A stretch of 64,000 nt of DNA. Source: a bacterium. Its GTDB lineage: Bacteria; Zhuqueibacterota; Zhuqueibacteria; Oceanimicrobiales; Oceanimicrobiaceae. Positions 19,728-29,923 of the stretch are shown here, in pieces; within the stretch, counting starts at the first letter, position 1, and every line of letters begins with the position of its first letter. The stretch spans positions 40,928-104,927 of the forward strand of contig JBHHXT010000002.1 in the NCBI GenBank assembly GCA_046757165.1, read 5' to 3'. The notes below the pieces were generated by a model. The model had not been told where the DNA came from. It did no database searches and worked only from the letters and a program-made list of their open reading frames with translations. The position numbers and the translations under genes are program-made.

Positions 19728-21953
19728 ATGCCCGAGCCAGAAGTAAACCTCGAGTTAGCCAAAGACCACGGGTTGACGCAGGCAGAATATCAACGCATCC
19801 TGGAAATTTTGGGACGCACGCCAACCTTCACGGAGCTCGGTATTTTCTCGGTGATGTGGTCTGAGCATTGTAGTTACAAGAACTCCATCGCGATGCTGCG
19901 TAAGCTTCCCAGAGAGGGCCAGCATCTGCTTGTGAAAGCAGGCGAGGAGAACGCCGGCCTGATCGATATCGGGGATGGCCTCGCCGTGGCGTTCAAGATT
20001 GAAAGCCACAATCATCCCTCCGCAGTCGAGCCGTACCAGGGGGCCGCCACCGGCGTCGGCGGAATCCTGCGCGACATTTTCAGCATGGGAGCGCGGCCCA
20101 TTGCGGCGCTGAATTCTCTGAGATTCGGCAGCCTGGACGATGCCAGGGTGCGATATCTCTTCAATGGTGTGGTCAAAGGAATTGGAGATTATGGCAACTG
20201 TTTCGGTGTTCCGACCGTCGCGGGGGAGGTCTATTTTGACGAGAGCTACGAGGGCAATCCCCTGGTGAACTGCATGGCGGTGGGCATTGTCAAGCATGGC
20301 CGCATCGCCAAAGCGATCGCCACAGACCCGGGGGCTGTGGTGATGCTGGTTGGCGCGTCGACAGGCCGGGACGGCATTCACGGCGCGACCTTCGCCTCTG
20401 AAGAAATCAGTGACGCCTCCGAGGAGCGTCGCCCGCAAGTGCAAGTGGGGGACCCGTTCACTGAAAAACTGTTACTTGAAGCCTCTTTGGAGATGATCAA
20501 AAAGGGGCTCTTGATCGGAATTCAGGACATGGGCGCAGCCGGAATCACGTGTTCAACCAGCGAGATGACGGCAAAGGGCAACTGCGGCATGGTCGTTGAT
20601 CTCGATCGCGTGTCAACGCGCGAAGCAGGGATGACGCCTTACGAGATTCTCCTTTCAGAGTCGCAAGAACGCATGCTGGTGGTGGTGCAGAAAGGCAAGG
20701 AACAGGCGGTCAAGGCGACTTGTCACAAATGGGATTTGGCCTGCGAAGAGATCGGCAGGGTGGTCGAAGGAGCGAATCTGACGATCACCTGGAAAGGCGA
20801 AACCGTGGTTGACATTCCAGCCGGGACGCTCGTGTTGGGAGGAGGCGCCCCGGTCTACGAGCGCGAGAGCCGCAAACCAGCGTATCTTGACCGGCTGCAT
20901 GCGTTGGACGTGGGCCGCCTGCCCGAACCCGACGACCATCTCGTGGTTCTGAAAAAGCTCCTGGCCTCGCCAAACATTTCCAGCAAAGCCTGGGTGTTTC
21001 AGCAATACGACCACATGGTGCGTTCAAACACGGTCGTCCTTCCAGGCTCGGATGCCGCGGTGATTCGCATTAAGGGAACAAACCGTGCGCTGGCGATGAA
21101 GACAGATTGTAACGGAAGATACGTCTATCTCAACCCCAGAACAGGCGCCAGCATCGCCGTTGCCGAATCCGCACGCAATGTGGTCTGCGCTGGCGCGAGA
21201 CCCGTGGCGATTACCAATTGTCTCAACTTTGGCAATCCATACAAGCCTGAAATCTATTGGCAATTCAAAGAAGCCGTGCTGGGCATCGCAGCTGCATGCA
21301 ACGCTTTGGGCACACCCGTCACAGGTGGCAACGTCAGCTTTTACAATGAAAACCCAAAAGGTGCGGTCTATCCGACGCCTGTCATCGGCATGCTTGGCGT
21401 GGTCGATGATATCAAACATGTGACCACGGCCTGGTTCAAAAGGGCAGGCCATGTCATCGTTCTGCTCGGACAAAACAAGGGCGAAATCGGAGCCAGTGAG
21501 TACCTCGCCGTGCAACATGACCAGGTTGGCGGCGCGTGTCCTTCGCTCGATCTGGACCTGGAGAAACGGCTACAGACCTGCTGCCTGGCGGCAATCACGG
21601 CCGGTCTGCTCCAGTCGGCACATGACCTCTCGGAGGGCGGGATAGCCGTGGCCCTGGCTGAAAGCTGTTTTCTCGACCCAGAACGAAATTGGGGCGCCAA
21701 AGTCGAGCTGGCGATGACAGCGCGAAGCGATTTTGTCCTGTACGGAGAGGATCAATCTCGAATCCTGGTTTCGCTCGAACAAAAAGATGTGACCCGCCTG
21801 CAGGACCTGGCCAACGACCATGGAATCCGCATGACTATTCTCGGGCATGTGACAGAAGATAGTTCTCTACGCATAAACAGGTTGGTAGAGGCCAGCGTGG
21901 AAGAGCTGGAATTCATCTACGGTCATGCAATACGATCGAAAATGGAGGGGTAG
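19728..21953 (+). CDS. purL: Phosphoribosylformylglycinamidine synthase subunit PurL
   Basis: [48 protein letters not shown]. Confidence 0.97.
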   Translation: MPEPEVNLELAKDHGLTQAEYQRILEILGRTPTFTELGIFSVMWSEHCSYKNSIAMLRKLPREGQHLLVKAGEENAGLIDIGDGLAVAFKIESHNHPSAVEPYQGAATGVGGILRDIFSMGARPIAALNSLRFGSLDDARVRYLFNGVVKGIGDYGNCFGVPTVAGEVYFDESYEGNPLVNCMAVGIVKHGRIAKAIATDPGAVVMLVGASTGRDGIHGATFASEEISDASEERRPQVQVGDPFTEKLLLEASLEMIKKGLLIGIQDMGAAGITCSTSEMTAKGNCGMVVDLDRVSTREAGMTPYEILLSESQERMLVVVQKGKEQAVKATCHKWDLACEEIGRVVEGANLTITWKGETVVDIPAGTLVLGGGAPVYERESRKPAYLDRLHALDVGRLPEPDDHLVVLKKLLASPNISSKAWVFQQYDHMVRSNTVVLPGSDAAVIRIKGTNRALAMKTDCNGRYVYLNPRTGASIAVAESARNVVCAGARPVAITNCLNFGNPYKPEIYWQFKEAVLGIAAACNALGTPVTGGNVSFYNENPKGAVYPTPVIGMLGVVDDIKHVTTAWFKRAGHVIVLLGQNKGEIGASEYLAVQHDQVGGACPSLDLDLEKRLQTCCLAAITAGLLQSAHDLSEGGIAVALAESCFLDPERNWGAKVELAMTARSDFVLYGEDQSRILVSLEQKDVTRLQDLANDHGIRMTILGHVTEDSSLRINRLVEASVEELEFIYGHAIRSKMEG

Positions 21954-21995
21954 CACATCCGCTTCGTAACAACTGCGTTCAACTGAGGAGGTACT

Positions 21996-23783
21996 TTGCA
22001 ACCACGTTCGAAATCTGCACCCGACCCCATTCAAACGGTCTCAATCAATCAAGGAAAGCTGACGATTCAGGACATCGTCGATGTCGCACGCCACTTTGCT
22101 GGCGTCGAGCCCTTTCGGGGGCCTCGAAGAAAAAAAACTGAGAAAGTCAGACGTTTCGTGGAGGAACATTGGTTTAGCGATTCCGCGCCACCACGGTATG
22201 GATTCAACACCGGAATCGGCTCTTTGAAGAGTGTCCGGATCGCTCGCAACAAGATCGAGAAGTTTCAGGAACTTTACATCAAATCGCATTGCGTGGGAGT
22301 CGGCAGACCTTTGGATACTGAAATCGTTCGGGCGGCCATGTTACTGCAGGCAAATGCCCTGTCCAGGGGCTATTCCGGAATCCGGCCGATCATCGTCGAT
22401 AAACTGATTGAAATGCTCAACAAGAGAATCCATCCAGTTGTGCCCGAGCACGGCTCCCTGGGCGCCAGTGGCGATCTCGCCCCACTTACTCACATCGCTT
22501 CTGTTCTGGTCGGGGAGGACGAGGCCGAGCTCTGGCAGGGCGAGCAGCGCATGCGGCTGAAAGATATCAAGGATTCGAGTCAGGACTTGCACCTCGAGCT
22601 GGGCGGAGAGACGGTTGAGTTTCAACCGATTCGATTGCAGGGCAAGGAAGCCATCTCTTTGACGAATGCGACGACCTTCATGTTGGCACTCGGCGTGTTG
22701 CTGACGCATGATGCAGAGATTCTGCTCAAGAGCGCCGACATCGCGGCCGCCCTCTCCCTGGAGGCTATGATGTGCAAAAAAGACGCTTTCTGCGAACCGC
22801 TGCACGACCTGCGAAACCAGACGGGGCAAATCAATACGGCGGCCAACCTGCGCAACTTGACCGACGGCAGTCACCGAATGACGCCGGAGGCCCGGCAGGC
22901 TTATTTTGAAACCAGCACTGCCCGGCAGCTGAAGACAACCCTGTCCGGACAGGAAGACCAAGAGACAATTCAGTTGATAACCAGATACAAGGTGGAGCAC
23001 GAATTCGAGAAGCACCGCGTGCAGGACGCTTATTCTCTGCGATGTGTACCACAAGTCCATGGCGCGTGCAAAGATGCGTTCAACTTTGTGAAAACCATCG
23101 TCACCAGGGAAATGGAAGCCGTAACTGACAATCCCGTCATCTTCGAGACAGATGAGGGTTTCGAATCAAAGAGCGGCGGCAATTTTCATGGAGAGCCGCT
23201 CGCTCTGGCCATGGATTTCTTGACAATTGCACTGGCAGAGATTGGCAGCATTTCAGAGCGCCGGACGTTTCGATTACTCAGTCCACGCATGAGCTTTGGC
23301 CTGCCAAATAATCTGACGGATGGCGAAGTCGGACTGAATTCAGGATTCATGATGCTGCAATATACCGCCGCGCAGATCGCGTCCGAGAACAAAATCCTGT
23401 CCCATCCCGCTTCTGTGGACACGATTCCGACCTCGGACAATCAGGAGGACCATGTCAGTATGGGGTTCACGGCCGCCCGCAAGGCGCGGAGTGTTCTACA
23501 TAATGTGGAGAACATTCTCGCCATCGAGCTGCTGTGCGGCGTGCAGGGCGTGCATCTCAGCTCGAAGGACCCGGCCGTCTCGCTTGCGAAATTCGCTTTG
23601 GGAAAAGGCACAGCGGTCGCCTTCAATGTCATTCGCAGTTTTGAAGATTCAAACAAAGAGAAGCCATTCCAGGTGCAGCACGACGATGAGTATCTGCACC
23701 GAAGGATCGTGCTGATGACAAGGCTATGTTCAACGGGCAGGATCGTTGAGCAAGTGGAAGAGCGCTCGAGTCTGAAGATCTGA
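21996..23783 (+). CDS. hutH: Histidine ammonia-lyase (MIO-dependent) with internal insertions
   Basis: GSLGASGDLAPL (MIO), YGFNTG, SH selectivity pair, QDAYSLRC.PQVHG, GGNFHGEP, NQEDHVSM; TTG start with GAGGAG RBS. Confidence 0.85.
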   Translation: MQPRSKSAPDPIQTVSINQGKLTIQDIVDVARHFAGVEPFRGPRRKKTEKVRRFVEEHWFSDSAPPRYGFNTGIGSLKSVRIARNKIEKFQELYIKSHCVGVGRPLDTEIVRAAMLLQANALSRGYSGIRPIIVDKLIEMLNKRIHPVVPEHGSLGASGDLAPLTHIASVLVGEDEAELWQGEQRMRLKDIKDSSQDLHLELGGETVEFQPIRLQGKEAISLTNATTFMLALGVLLTHDAEILLKSADIAAALSLEAMMCKKDAFCEPLHDLRNQTGQINTAANLRNLTDGSHRMTPEARQAYFETSTARQLKTTLSGQEDQETIQLITRYKVEHEFEKHRVQDAYSLRCVPQVHGACKDAFNFVKTIVTREMEAVTDNPVIFETDEGFESKSGGNFHGEPLALAMDFLTIALAEIGSISERRTFRLLSPRMSFGLPNNLTDGEVGLNSGFMMLQYTAAQIASENKILSHPASVDTIPTSDNQEDHVSMGFTAARKARSVLHNVENILAIELLCGVQGVHLSSKDPAVSLAKFALGKGTAVAFNVIRSFEDSNKEKPFQVQHDDEYLHRRIVLMTRLCSTGRIVEQVEERSSLKI

Positions 23784-23995
23784 TCTCCTTCTCTCAAGTC
23801 AGGACTGGGGGATAAGAAGGTCTCATGCCGAGGGGAAAAATGCGGTGTGTCCTGCTTGGTTGAAGAAATTAGCACAGCGGTTGCCGCCATCAGGGCAGTG
23901 TCGGAGATCGCTTCGCTTAACTCCGACACACTATCCGATTTGACTCTTTGGACAGCCCCGTGCGGAACAATTCAGGTACAAACAGGAAGGAAGAC

Positions 23996-25372
23996 ATGGC
24001 AGCCATCAAACCGAGTTTACCAAAAGGAACGCGCGATTTCTTGCCTGAGCAGATGGTGAAGCGGCAATTTGTCATCGATTCCGTCAGAGATATTTTTGAG
24101 ACATACGGTTACCAACCTCTCGAGACGCCGTCGATTGAGAAGCTGAATGTCCTGTCCGGGAAATATGGTGATGAGGGGGAGAAACTCATTTTCAAAGTGC
24201 TGCGCCGCGGCACCGGATTGGAGCAGCTGCAAAGAGGACAGGAAGAGTTCGTCGTCAAACACTACGGCGACCTGGTGGAGGAAGCGCTGCGCTACGACCT
24301 GACCGTGCCGTTGAGCCGCGTCGTCGCCATGTACCAGAACGAGCTGACCTTTCCGTTCAAACGATACCAGATTCAACCCGTCTGGCGCGCCGACCGCCCG
24401 CAGCGGGGGAGGTACCGCGAGTTCTATCAGTGTGATGTAGACACCGTGGGCACCCCCTCCATGCTGGCTGACGCGGAGACGATCGCCATCGTCCATGATG
24501 TCTTGTCGACCCTGGGATTCGACAAGTTCACCATTCGTATCAACAATCGCAAGATCCTAACCGGTATTCTCGAGTATGCGGGTATCGAAGCCGCGCGGGG
24601 CGGTGGCGTTTTGGTCGCAATTGACAAGCTGGACAAGGTCGGCCTCGACGGTGTGAAGCGTGAGCTGACTGCTCAGGGGCACCCGCAGGAGGCCATCAAA
24701 AAGATTCTCTCGATTCTGGCGCTCGAGGGGAAGCCCGACCAGGTCCTGTCGCATCTGGCCGATGCGTATGGCGAGCTCAACTCCCTGCGCCAGGGCGTGG
24801 AAGAGCTGATGCTCCTGATGTCCCATCTGGATGGGCTGCAGGTTGTTCCTGAGCGTCTGCAAGTCGACCTCTATCTGGTCAGAGGGTTGGGCTACTACAC
24901 CGGACCGATTCACGAATCTGTCGTGACCGAGCCGAAGATGGGGAGCTTGAGCGGAGGGGGAAGGTACGACCGGCTCATCGGAACGTTCTTAGGCCGGGAC
25001 ATTCCAGCCACGGGCACCGCTTTTGGGATTGAGAGAATCATCGACGTGATGAGCGAGCTGGACATGTTCCCGGGAACCAGGACCAAAACCGAGGTGCTGG
25101 TGGCCTATTTCGACGAAACGACGTTACAAGCCAGCCTGGCCTTTGGGCAAGCGTTGAGGAACAGCGGGTTGAAAACCGAGACCTATCTGGACAAAAGCAA
25201 GCTCAAGAAACAGTTCTCGTATGCAAACAAAAAGCAGATCCCGTTTGTTGCTTTAATCGGACCGGATGAGCAAACGGACGGTCTCGTCACGCTCAAGAAT
25301 ATGGACACCCAGGAACAAAGGACGGTGTCGCAGCCAGAAGCAGTCCAGTTGCTGAAAGATGAATTGAGGTGA
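23996..25372 (+). CDS. hisS: Histidine--tRNA ligase
   Basis: PKGTRDF, LRYDLTVP, WRADRPQRGRYREFYQCD, RGLGYYTG, GGGRYD; ATG 23996 after AGGAAGG. Confidence 0.97.
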   Translation: MAAIKPSLPKGTRDFLPEQMVKRQFVIDSVRDIFETYGYQPLETPSIEKLNVLSGKYGDEGEKLIFKVLRRGTGLEQLQRGQEEFVVKHYGDLVEEALRYDLTVPLSRVVAMYQNELTFPFKRYQIQPVWRADRPQRGRYREFYQCDVDTVGTPSMLADAETIAIVHDVLSTLGFDKFTIRINNRKILTGILEYAGIEAARGGGVLVAIDKLDKVGLDGVKRELTAQGHPQEAIKKILSILALEGKPDQVLSHLADAYGELNSLRQGVEELMLLMSHLDGLQVVPERLQVDLYLVRGLGYYTGPIHESVVTEPKMGSLSGGGRYDRLIGTFLGRDIPATGTAFGIERIIDVMSELDMFPGTRTKTEVLVAYFDETTLQASLAFGQALRNSGLKTETYLDKSKLKKQFSYANKKQIPFVALIGPDEQTDGLVTLKNMDTQEQRTVSQPEAVQLLKDELR

Positions 25373-25407
25373 CGGCTGCCTGCCCGAAGTGAACGCAGCG
25401 GAGGGGC

Positions 25408-25637
25408 AAAAAAAGAAGGGACTGGCAAAATCCGATGTAGCAGCGCTCAGTTGCAATTGCCAGTCCCCGGGGTGCTTGATCTCCTCGAAAGATGCTATGC
25501 CGAAAGGTTGGAAGTGGAGATCAAAAATTAATCTTTGTGGAATTCCGTTTCCTGCTAAGCATGGATTGAATCTGAGAGTGAGATCTTAGGTTCAATAGAA
25601 GCTTGTCACCGACATCCGTGTTCCCCCAAAAGATCGG
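25408..25637 (-). ncRNA. Candidate sigma54-dependent structured small RNA (~230 nt)
   Basis: -24/-12 promoter upstream, three or four stem-loops, terminal GGGACTGGCAA/TTGCCAGTCCC hairpin with U-tract, no credible ORF. Confidence 0.5.
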
Positions 25638-25647
25638 ACAAGGTTGC

Positions 25648-25663
25648 GGCAAATGGGATGCCA
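25648..25663 (-). promoter_or_regulatory. sigma54 (-24/-12) promoter
   Basis: Minus strand TGGCATCCCATTTGCC (GG-N10-GC). Confidence 0.6.
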
Positions 25664-25783
25664 GTGTGTACACCGCGATATAAGTCCTGTTAAATCAATG
25701 TTTCATATCGGTGCACCTGGCCGGGCTTAGTTGGGAAAGCCCTGGTAGAATATGGAACAAGTGTTTTGATTTGAAACAGGCGT

Positions 25784-26152
25784 CTATTTTTCAGCGGCGA
25801 GAGAATCCTGCGCAGATTGTTTCTTTTTCAACTGCTCAGTCGTTTTGGTCAAGATTTCCAGCCACCGCTCGGGCTCCTCTTCGTAAGCCGCGATACTGCG
25901 CTCGAAGTCGTCGCGCGAAATTCTGAGACTATCCAATAGCGCTTGAAAATCCTGGCTGGAATCCGCTTGTAATGTGTCAAGGGAGAGGAAAAGCATTTCA
26001 GAGTAGACCCGAACAAACTTGTCAGGTGCCAGGGGATCGGGATCCGTCTGCCGATGACAGACCGATTCTGTTCCGGCAAGTTGAAGAACGAGGAAAAGCT
26101 GAAACACAAAAAGATGTTTGGAAGTCGCTCTTGAATTTGGGATTCGATTCAT
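25784..26152 (-). CDS. Small exported protein, DUF4296-like
   Basis: Hydrophobic N-terminus; FV.VY.EM...IS..DF..SI..Y...P..W..I pattern. Confidence 0.55.
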   Translation of the reverse strand: MNRIPNSRATSKHLFVFQLFLVLQLAGTESVCHRQTDPDPLAPDKFVRVYSEMLFLSLDTLQADSSQDFQALLDSLRISRDDFERSIAAYEEEPERWLEILTKTTEQLKKKQSAQDSLAAEK

Positions 26153-26293
26153 TTGCCTCCACCACTGTGACCACGTTGATGCAAGCTCTAAATATATGAA
26201 AACACTACAAGGGAGTCAATAAAATGTTGACTTTTTAGGGATTATTTGATAATTTGCTTTCCGTCATGTTTGAGGAGGCAAAGAGCATTTGAT

Positions 26294-27667
26294 GTGTCTT
26301 TGAGAGGAAAAAGGGAAAAGAGCGAGTTTGTTTGTCAGACATGCGGCCATATGTCGCTGAGGTGGATCGGGCGGTGTCCCGAATGTCAGAGCTGGAACAG
26401 TTTTGTTGAGGAGGTTCGACCGCAGAAAACGTCATCTCATGGAACCCTTCAGAAGGCAGTTTCCACACCCGTAAAGCTCTCTCGAGTAAGTTTTGGTACT
26501 CACCAACGCATTCTTGTTCGTTCCAATGAATTCAACCGTGTTCTGGGTGGGGGGATGGTCTCGGGTTCCCTGATGTTGCTCGGTGGCGATCCCGGGATCG
26601 GGAAATCGACCCTCATGCTGCAAGAAGGCGCTGCTCTGGCAGCGGCGCAATGCCCGGTGCTTTACGTTTCAGGCGAGGAATCCGCGCAACAGACTAAACT
26701 GAGAGCGCATCGGCTGGGTCTCGAACCTGAACATTTGTACATTTTTGCCGAAACAAATTTGCATCAAATCATGCACGGCATCGAACAAATCAATCCGGGT
26801 CTTGTCATCGTTGATTCGATTCAGACGGTTTTTCATCCGGGGTTGGAGAGTTCGCCCGGCAGCATCAGTCAGGTCAGAGAATGCGCGCTGGCGTTTTCTC
26901 AGATGGCCAAGAGCAGAAACATCCCTGTATTTCTTGTTGGGCACGTGACCAAGGAGGGGTACATTGCCGGTCCAAAGGTGTTGGAACACATGGTCGATGT
27001 TTTGTTGAATTTTGAAGGAGACGGCCAGCATTTTTACAGGATATTGCGGGCTGCCAAAAACCGGTTCGGGTCGACAAGAGAATTTGGTGTTTTCGAGATG
27101 AAGCAGGACGGGTTGCATGAGGTTGCCAATCCCTCTGCTCTTTTTTTGGAGCAGAGAAAGGAAAACATCTCAGGCTCGACCGTGGTTTGCACCCTGGAGG
27201 GGACACGCCCTTTCCTGGTCGAAATTCAGGCCCTGGCCAGCCCCTCGAATTATGGCGTGGCGCAAAGAACTGCCACCGGAGTTGACAGCAGGCGCCTTTC
27301 GTTACTGCTCGCCGTGCTGGAGAAGCGGATTGGAATGCGGCTGGGCAGCAGCGATGTCTTTGTCAATGCCGCCGGCGGGGTGAGAATTGACGACCCCTCT
27401 GCTGATTTGGGCATTCTGGTGGCCATCGCATCGAGTTTCAGAGACCAGGTGGTCGATCCGCACGCCGTCATTGTTGGCGAAATCGGCCTGGGTGGAGAAA
27501 TCCGCGCTGTGCCGCAGATCGACAAGAGAATTGAAGAAGCACAAAAATTGGGGTTCAAAAAGGCCGTTATTCCAGGGTTCAATTCAAGAGGGTTGCACAA
27601 AAAAGGCTCTTTGAAAATAATCGCCATCGAACGAGCGCAGGATGTCCTGGACGAGGTTTTGAATTGA
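26294..27667 (+). CDS. radA: DNA repair protein RadA/Sms
   Basis: C4 zinc finger CQTC...CPEC, GGDPGIGKST, KNRFG, Lon-like C-terminus; GTG start estimated. Confidence 0.95.
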   Translation: MSLRGKREKSEFVCQTCGHMSLRWIGRCPECQSWNSFVEEVRPQKTSSHGTLQKAVSTPVKLSRVSFGTHQRILVRSNEFNRVLGGGMVSGSLMLLGGDPGIGKSTLMLQEGAALAAAQCPVLYVSGEESAQQTKLRAHRLGLEPEHLYIFAETNLHQIMHGIEQINPGLVIVDSIQTVFHPGLESSPGSISQVRECALAFSQMAKSRNIPVFLVGHVTKEGYIAGPKVLEHMVDVLLNFEGDGQHFYRILRAAKNRFGSTREFGVFEMKQDGLHEVANPSALFLEQRKENISGSTVVCTLEGTRPFLVEIQALASPSNYGVAQRTATGVDSRRLSLLLAVLEKRIGMRLGSSDVFVNAAGGVRIDDPSADLGILVAIASSFRDQVVDPHAVIVGEIGLGGEIRAVPQIDKRIEEAQKLGFKKAVIPGFNSRGLHKKGSLKIIAIERAQDVLDEVLN

Positions 27668-28803
27668 CCAAACGATTCGAGGTTTTGAAGCAGGACTCTG
27701 ATTCACGGGCAAGAACGGCCAGGTTGGTGACCGCACATGGCGAGCTTCGGACCCCGGTGTTCATGCCCGTGGGGACCCAGGGCACGGTGAAAGGGGTATC
27801 GCCACAAGAGTTGCACGAGACTGGAAGCCAAATCATCCTGGGCAACACTTACCATCTTTACTTGCGGCCGGGAGCGGAAATCATTAAAAAGGCTGGCGGA
27901 CTGCACGCCTTCTCTGGCTGGAGCAAACCCATCCTGACCGACAGTGGCGGCTACCAGGTCTACAGTCTGACAGATTTGCGAAAAGTCACAGAAGATGGCG
28001 TCGTGTTCAAATCGCATCTCGATGGCTCCTGTCATGAATTCAGCCCGGAATTGGCCGTAGACATTCAGGGGTGCTTCGGGTCCGACATCATCATGGTTCT
28101 CGACGAATGCCCGCCTTACCCGTGCACGGAAGAATATGCCGCCGGCGCGGTCAGAAGAACAACAGCCTGGGCCAAAAGATGCCTTAGCCGATTCAGAGAG
28201 AGCGAACCGCTTTTCGATTTCGAGCAGACCATTTTTGCAATCGTGCAAGGGAGTACCGTCCCTGAATTGCGCAGGGAGAGCGCCGAGGCCCTGATAGCGC
28301 TCGATTTTCCCGGCTACGCCATCGGAGGCTTGTCCATCGGCGAACCGAAGCCTGTCCTGTTTGAAATGGTTGAGGTTTGCACAGAACTGTTACCGGTTGA
28401 CAAGCCCAGGTACCTGATGGGGATGGGCAAACCAGAAGATTTGGTCGAGGGCATTGCCCTGGGCATCGACATGTTCGACTGTGTCCTTCCGACCCGAAAC
28501 GGTCGCAAAGGGCAGGTGTTCACCTGGGCGGGACAGATGAATGTGAGAAACGCCAGCTACAGAGAAGACTTCCGGCCTATCGATGAAACGTGCGAATGTT
28601 TCGCCTGTCGCAATTTTACCAGGGCGTACCTCAGGCACCTCTTCCAGTCGGGGGAGATACTGGGCATGCGTCTGGCCAGTTTGCACAACCTCCATTTCTA
28701 TCACAAATTGGTGCAAACATGCCGCAAATGCATCAGTCAAGGATGTTTTTCAACCTGGCGAAAAGAGTTCTATCGAAACTATGCGTGCAAAAACGATGGT
28801 TAA
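27664..28803 (+). CDS. tgt: Queuine tRNA-ribosyltransferase
   Basis: TPVFMPVGT, NTYHL, LTDSGGYQ, DMFDCVLPTRNGR, CECFAC zinc site. Confidence 0.97.
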   Translation: MTKRFEVLKQDSDSRARTARLVTAHGELRTPVFMPVGTQGTVKGVSPQELHETGSQIILGNTYHLYLRPGAEIIKKAGGLHAFSGWSKPILTDSGGYQVYSLTDLRKVTEDGVVFKSHLDGSCHEFSPELAVDIQGCFGSDIIMVLDECPPYPCTEEYAAGAVRRTTAWAKRCLSRFRESEPLFDFEQTIFAIVQGSTVPELRRESAEALIALDFPGYAIGGLSIGEPKPVLFEMVEVCTELLPVDKPRYLMGMGKPEDLVEGIALGIDMFDCVLPTRNGRKGQVFTWAGQMNVRNASYREDFRPIDETCECFACRNFTRAYLRHLFQSGEILGMRLASLHNLHFYHKLVQTCRKCISQGCFSTWRKEFYRNYACKNDG

Positions 28804-28821
28804 GCCTGAACCTGTAACTTT

Positions 28822-29154
28822 ATGGAGGGAGAAGTGAATCACCTTTTATCTGTTTTCATGTTGCTGCAAGAAGGTGGCCAGCCGGGTGGAAGTGGCCTGG
28901 GCGGTTTGATTGTTCCCATGCTGCTGATTTTCGCCATCATGTACTTCCTGATCCTGCGCCCGCAAGCCAAGAAGCAGAAACAGCACCAGGCCATGATTCA
29001 GGCGATCAAACAGGGTGACCGGGTCGTCACGGCTGGGGGCATTCACGGCACCGTCGCCGGCGTCAAGGAAAAGGATGACACATTGATTGTCAAGATAGCC
29101 GACAATGTGAAAGTGAAGCTGAGCAAGGCATCGATTGCCAGGAAGCTGGATTAG
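28822..29154 (+). CDS. yajC: Preprotein translocase subunit YajC
   Basis: MYFLILRPQ.K.QK, GDRVVTAGGIHG; follows tgt. Confidence 0.95.
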   Translation: MEGEVNHLLSVFMLLQEGGQPGGSGLGGLIVPMLLIFAIMYFLILRPQAKKQKQHQAMIQAIKQGDRVVTAGGIHGTVAGVKEKDDTLIVKIADNVKVKLSKASIARKLD

Positions 29155-29157
29155 GAC

Positions 29158-29685
29158 ATGGCACTACGGTACATCGTGAAGTATGGGCATCCCTCGCTCA
29201 GAATGAAAGCGCATGCCATCGAAGTTGTTGACGACACCATCCGCACCCTGGCTGAGGATATGGTCGAGACCATGTACGAGGCGGAAGGCATCGGCCTGGC
29301 CGCGCCCCAGGTTGCTGAACCTCTTGCGGTGTGTGTTGTCAACTATGGCATGATCGAGGAAGGTACAGCAGCGCGGGTTTACATCAATCCGGTCCTCACA
29401 GATGAGGAAGGCTCGACCAAAATGGAAGAAGGGTGCCTGAGCATTCCTGACATAAGAGAAGACGTGGAAAGGCCGGAGTCCATACGCGTGCGGTACCAGG
29501 ATCTCAATGGGGTCCTGCATGATGAGCGCTGCGAGGGCATGTTGGCCCGCGTGCTTCAGCATGAAATCGACCATCTCAATGGCGTGCTTTTTGTCGACCG
29601 GATCAGCCCCATGAAAAGGAAGCTTCTTTCTAAAAAACTGAAGCGAATCGCGGCGGAGGGCAAGACAGAAATGCACGGAGTCTAA
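29158..29685 (+). CDS. def: Peptide deformylase
   Basis: GIGLAAPQV, EGCLS, QHEIDHLNG. Confidence 0.97.
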   Translation: MALRYIVKYGHPSLRMKAHAIEVVDDTIRTLAEDMVETMYEAEGIGLAAPQVAEPLAVCVVNYGMIEEGTAARVYINPVLTDEEGSTKMEEGCLSIPDIREDVERPESIRVRYQDLNGVLHDERCEGMLARVLQHEIDHLNGVLFVDRISPMKRKLLSKKLKRIAAEGKTEMHGV

Positions 29686-29686
29686 T

Positions 29687-29859
29687 TTTTTTCGCAGACT
29701 TCGCTGCGAAAAAAGTCATTTAGCGCTCCGCGCCGTCATTTGCCCTGCGGGCCTCATTTGGTCCTTGCCTGCTCAGTGACGCCCGCAGGGCAAGTGACAA
29801 CAAATGACGAGCTAAGCTCAAATGACGGTTTTTTCGGTAGACGATTGACCCAAAAAAAC
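29687..29859. repeat. Nested palindromic REP/MITE-like element
   Basis: Central inverted repeat built from GTCATTT/AAATGAC units and GCCCTGCGGGC/GCCCGCAGGGC, flanked by two T-tract/A-tract hairpins. Confidence 0.7.
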
Positions 29860-29923
29860 TATCGACAATACTTTGTCGATGTCTGACGCTCAGAGCCTAA
29901 TTCAAGACAAGCACGGCGCAGCA

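Noticed and set aside
21996..23783. PAL/TAL or aminomutase of a secondary-metabolite cluster
   Set aside because: The SH pair and NQEDHVS motif are HAL-type, and there are no biosynthetic neighbours
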